Virus record (IMG/VR): IMGVR_UViG_3300027771_000073
Location: 1 to 28,747 of that record
Strand: one strand, 5' to 3'
Source of the DNA: a virus
Taxonomy: Duplodnaviria > Caudoviricetes
Length of the DNA stretch: 28,747 nucleotides
Shown: positions 26,354 to 28,747 of the stretch, one piece after another
How the letters are laid out: each line of letters opens with the position of its first letter
Numbering within the stretch: the stretch's first letter is position 1
Translations under genes and position numbers: made by a program
Notes under the pieces: generated by a model
What the model was told of the DNA's origin: nothing
The model's input: only the letters and a program-made list of their open reading frames with translations
Database searches by the model: none

Positions 26354-28549
26354 ATGGGATTTCAAGTCAGTCCAGGCGTAAACGTCTCAGAGATAGATCT
26401 GACAGGTATTATACCTGCAGTGTCTACCACAGAAGGTGCTATAGCCGGTTGGTTCAGATGGGGGCCTGCTGAAGAGCGTAACTTAATATCTTCTGAAGAA
26501 GAGTTAGCTGCGACTTTTGGCGAACCCGATTCAACTAACTTTACTACATATTTTACAGCTGCAAATTTCTTAGGCTACGGCAATAAGTTATATGTAGCAA
26601 GAGCTATTCCAGCTGATGCATTAAATGCAACAGTACTACAAACACAAGCAACTACACCTGTAGGCGGAACAGCTTCACATTCAGATTTAATTAAAAACTC
26701 AGAACATCACGACGGTCTAACATTATCATCTACAGCTGCTCTGTCATCTTTCATAGCAAAGTATCCAGGAGCTCTAGGTAATAGTTTAAAAGTTAGTGTA
26801 TGCGATAGTGCATTAGCATTTGAAAGTACATTTACTGGTGTAACAAACAGTTCAATGGATGTTAGTACATCTAATACTGGCTTTGTAGCTAACATTGCTG
26901 TAGGTAGTACTACATTACTATTCAGTCAATCAGGTACTGAATCAGGAACAGATAGTTCTGGTCAGGCAACTCACGTTATTAGAGTTGGTGCTAACTTATC
27001 TATGACTACTGCACAAACAGTATTCACAGTTGGTGACCAAGTACGTTTAGGTAACTCATCTATTGGTTATCAAACAGTTAAGATTACAGCAAAGAGTGCT
27101 GTACAAGCTGGAGCAACATATTCTACAGATACAACATTCTTAGCTAACGTATCATTTACTATAGATCAAAAATTCAGACTATCAAGTAACTGGAGTTGTA
27201 ACAATAGTGTTGGTGATAGTATTAACTCAGGTGGTATTACACGTTTCTGGGAATATAAAGATAATGTGGATAAAGCTCCAAGTCAATCTGAATATTCTAA
27301 TAACGTAGCAAACAATACTGCTAATGATGAATTACATATAGTTGTAACAGATGAAGATGGAGATATCACAGGTCTTAAAGGTAGTATCTTAGAAGTATAT
27401 GAAGGTCTTTCAAGAGCTTCTGATGCTAAGAACGAAAGTGGTGAATCAATTTACTACAAAGATGTTATCGATAACCAATCTAATTGGTTGTGGATAGGTG
27501 GTACTGAAATTAGAGCAACATCTAATGTTAATACTGCTGCACAAACATATTCTAATACAGGTGCACTCTTAAACAATTATGTTAACGCTGTAATACCATT
27601 TACATCATCCTTTAAAGTTGGTTCAGATGGTACTAATCCAAATGAAACTTCAATTGCAATAGGACAATTAGCAACAGCTGTTGACCTATTCAAGAATCCA
27701 GCGGATGTTGATGTATCATTAATACTTTCTGGTTTATCCAGAGGTGGTACTAATGGTGAACAATGGCCAAATTATCTAATAGATAATATTGCTGATGTTA
27801 GAAAAGACTGCGTAGTATTCTGCTCACCTGAAAAGGCTGATGTAGTAAACAATCAAGGTGGAGAATCAAATGATGTTACAACATTTGCAGACTCATTAAC
27901 ACCAAGTTCATATGCAGTTATGGATAGTGGATGGAAATATCAATACGATAAGTATAATGATGTTTACAGATACATTCCATTGAATGGAGACACTGCTGGT
28001 CTTTGTGTAAGAACAGATGATTTAAGAGACCCATGGTTCAGTCCTGCAGGATATAATAGAGGTGTGATGAAGAATGTAATCAAACTTCCATACAATCCAG
28101 ATAGAGCAGATAGAGATATACTTTACAAAGCTAAAGTTAATCCTGTTATAACTCAACCAGGTCAAGGAACATTGCTATTTGGTGATAAAACACTACTAGC
28201 AAAACCAAGTGCGTTTGATAGAATCAATGTAAGAAGATTATTCATTGTTCTAGAAAAAGCAATATCAACAGCAGCCAAGTATACTCTATTTGAATTTAAT
28301 GATGAGTTCACTAGAGCACAGTTCCGTAATATGGTAGAACCATTCTTACGAGATATACAAGGCAGAAGAGGTATACATGACTTTAGAGTTGTATGTGACG
28401 AAACAAATAACACTGGAGAAGTAATTGACAGTAACAGGTTCGTAGGAGATATCTACATTAAGCCTGCTAGAGCAATTAACTTTATACAGTTAAACTTTGT
28501 AGCGGTTCGTACAGGAGTTGAATTCTCTGAAGTAGTCGGCAAATTCTAA
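26354..28549 (+). CDS. gp18: Tail sheath protein gp18
   Basis: MGFQVSPGVNVSEIDLT...F.WGP...AKYPGALGN...PWFSPAGYNRG...FGDKT...FDRINVRRLF...FEFNDEFTR...IKPARAINFIQLNFVAVRTGVEF. Confidence 0.97.
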   Translation: MGFQVSPGVNVSEIDLTGIIPAVSTTEGAIAGWFRWGPAEERNLISSEEELAATFGEPDSTNFTTYFTAANFLGYGNKLYVARAIPADALNATVLQTQATTPVGGTASHSDLIKNSEHHDGLTLSSTAALSSFIAKYPGALGNSLKVSVCDSALAFESTFTGVTNSSMDVSTSNTGFVANIAVGSTTLLFSQSGTESGTDSSGQATHVIRVGANLSMTTAQTVFTVGDQVRLGNSSIGYQTVKITAKSAVQAGATYSTDTTFLANVSFTIDQKFRLSSNWSCNNSVGDSINSGGITRFWEYKDNVDKAPSQSEYSNNVANNTANDELHIVVTDEDGDITGLKGSILEVYEGLSRASDAKNESGESIYYKDVIDNQSNWLWIGGTEIRATSNVNTAAQTYSNTGALLNNYVNAVIPFTSSFKVGSDGTNPNETSIAIGQLATAVDLFKNPADVDVSLILSGLSRGGTNGEQWPNYLIDNIADVRKDCVVFCSPEKADVVNNQGGESNDVTTFADSLTPSSYAVMDSGWKYQYDKYNDVYRYIPLNGDTAGLCVRTDDLRDPWFSPAGYNRGVMKNVIKLPYNPDRADRDILYKAKVNPVITQPGQGTLLFGDKTLLAKPSAFDRINVRRLFIVLEKAISTAAKYTLFEFNDEFTRAQFRNMVEPFLRDIQGRRGIHDFRVVCDETNNTGEVIDSNRFVGDIYIKPARAINFIQLNFVAVRTGVEFSEVVGKF

Positions 28550-28557
28550 TATAAATA
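28550..28557 (+). promoter_or_regulatory. T4-type late promoter TATAAATA
   Basis: Exact consensus immediately after the gp18 stop, upstream of AAGGAG SD. Confidence 0.85.
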
Positions 28558-28581
28558 GTTAGGTAAAAAGGAGAAAGCATA

Positions 28582-28747
28582 ATGGCTTTTAATATTAACG
28601 AAATCAAATCCCAACTAGCATTAGGAGGCGCACGTCCGTCACTCTTTCAAGTGACATTGACTAACCCTGTAAATGCTGCTGCGGATTTAAAATTTCCATT
28701 TATGTGTAGGGCTGCGCAAATGCCAGCCTCAACACTTGGAATGATTG
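28582..28747 (+). CDS. gp19: Tail tube protein gp19 (3' partial; absent from the ORF track)
   Basis: My translation: MAFNINEIKSQLALGGARPSLFQVTLTNPVNAAADLKFPFMCRAAQMPASTLGMI. GGARPxLF and CRAAxxP motifs; follows gp18. Confidence 0.9.
   Translation, partial: MAFNINEIKSQLALGGARPSLFQVTLTNPVNAAADLKFPFMCRAAQMPASTLGMI

Noticed and set aside
12409-28413. Minus-strand ORFs opposite the enzyme and structural genes
   Set aside because: Short antisense shadows of well-supported + strand genes, with no recognisable motifs.

Overview
AT-rich fragment of a T4-like (myovirus) phage genome; all credible genes are on the + strand. The right half is the canonical late structural block: small virion/fibre proteins, gp13, gp14, gp15, gp16, two inserted genes, gp17, gp18 and the start of gp19, with T4 late promoters (TATAAATA). 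The left half holds two giant proteins (>1561 aa, 5'-truncated; and 2530 aa) built from aromatic-x-Lys-x tetrapeptide units. They are followed by a cluster of probable modifying enzymes: four GT-A glycosyltransferase-like ORFs, a 2OG-Fe(II)-oxygenase-like ORF and a SAM-methyltransferase-like ORF. The main observation comes from parsing the repeats unit by unit. They are exactly mirror-symmetric around a conserved 18-residue loop (WVGPTYYGGYESGSDETN), with a reproducible vocabulary of facing units (e.g. YEGS-FDAN opposite YAKV-WVGE), matched bulges and recurrent three-way junction motifs. The nesting resembles RNA secondary structure written in protein. It predicts a single-chain, branched antiparallel beta-ribbon 'tree' of about 2250 residues inserted into one loop of a small anchor domain. 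The symmetry is directly countable in the sequence; the fold and function are inference. No database searches were run, so family names are from motif recognition and novelty is unverified.
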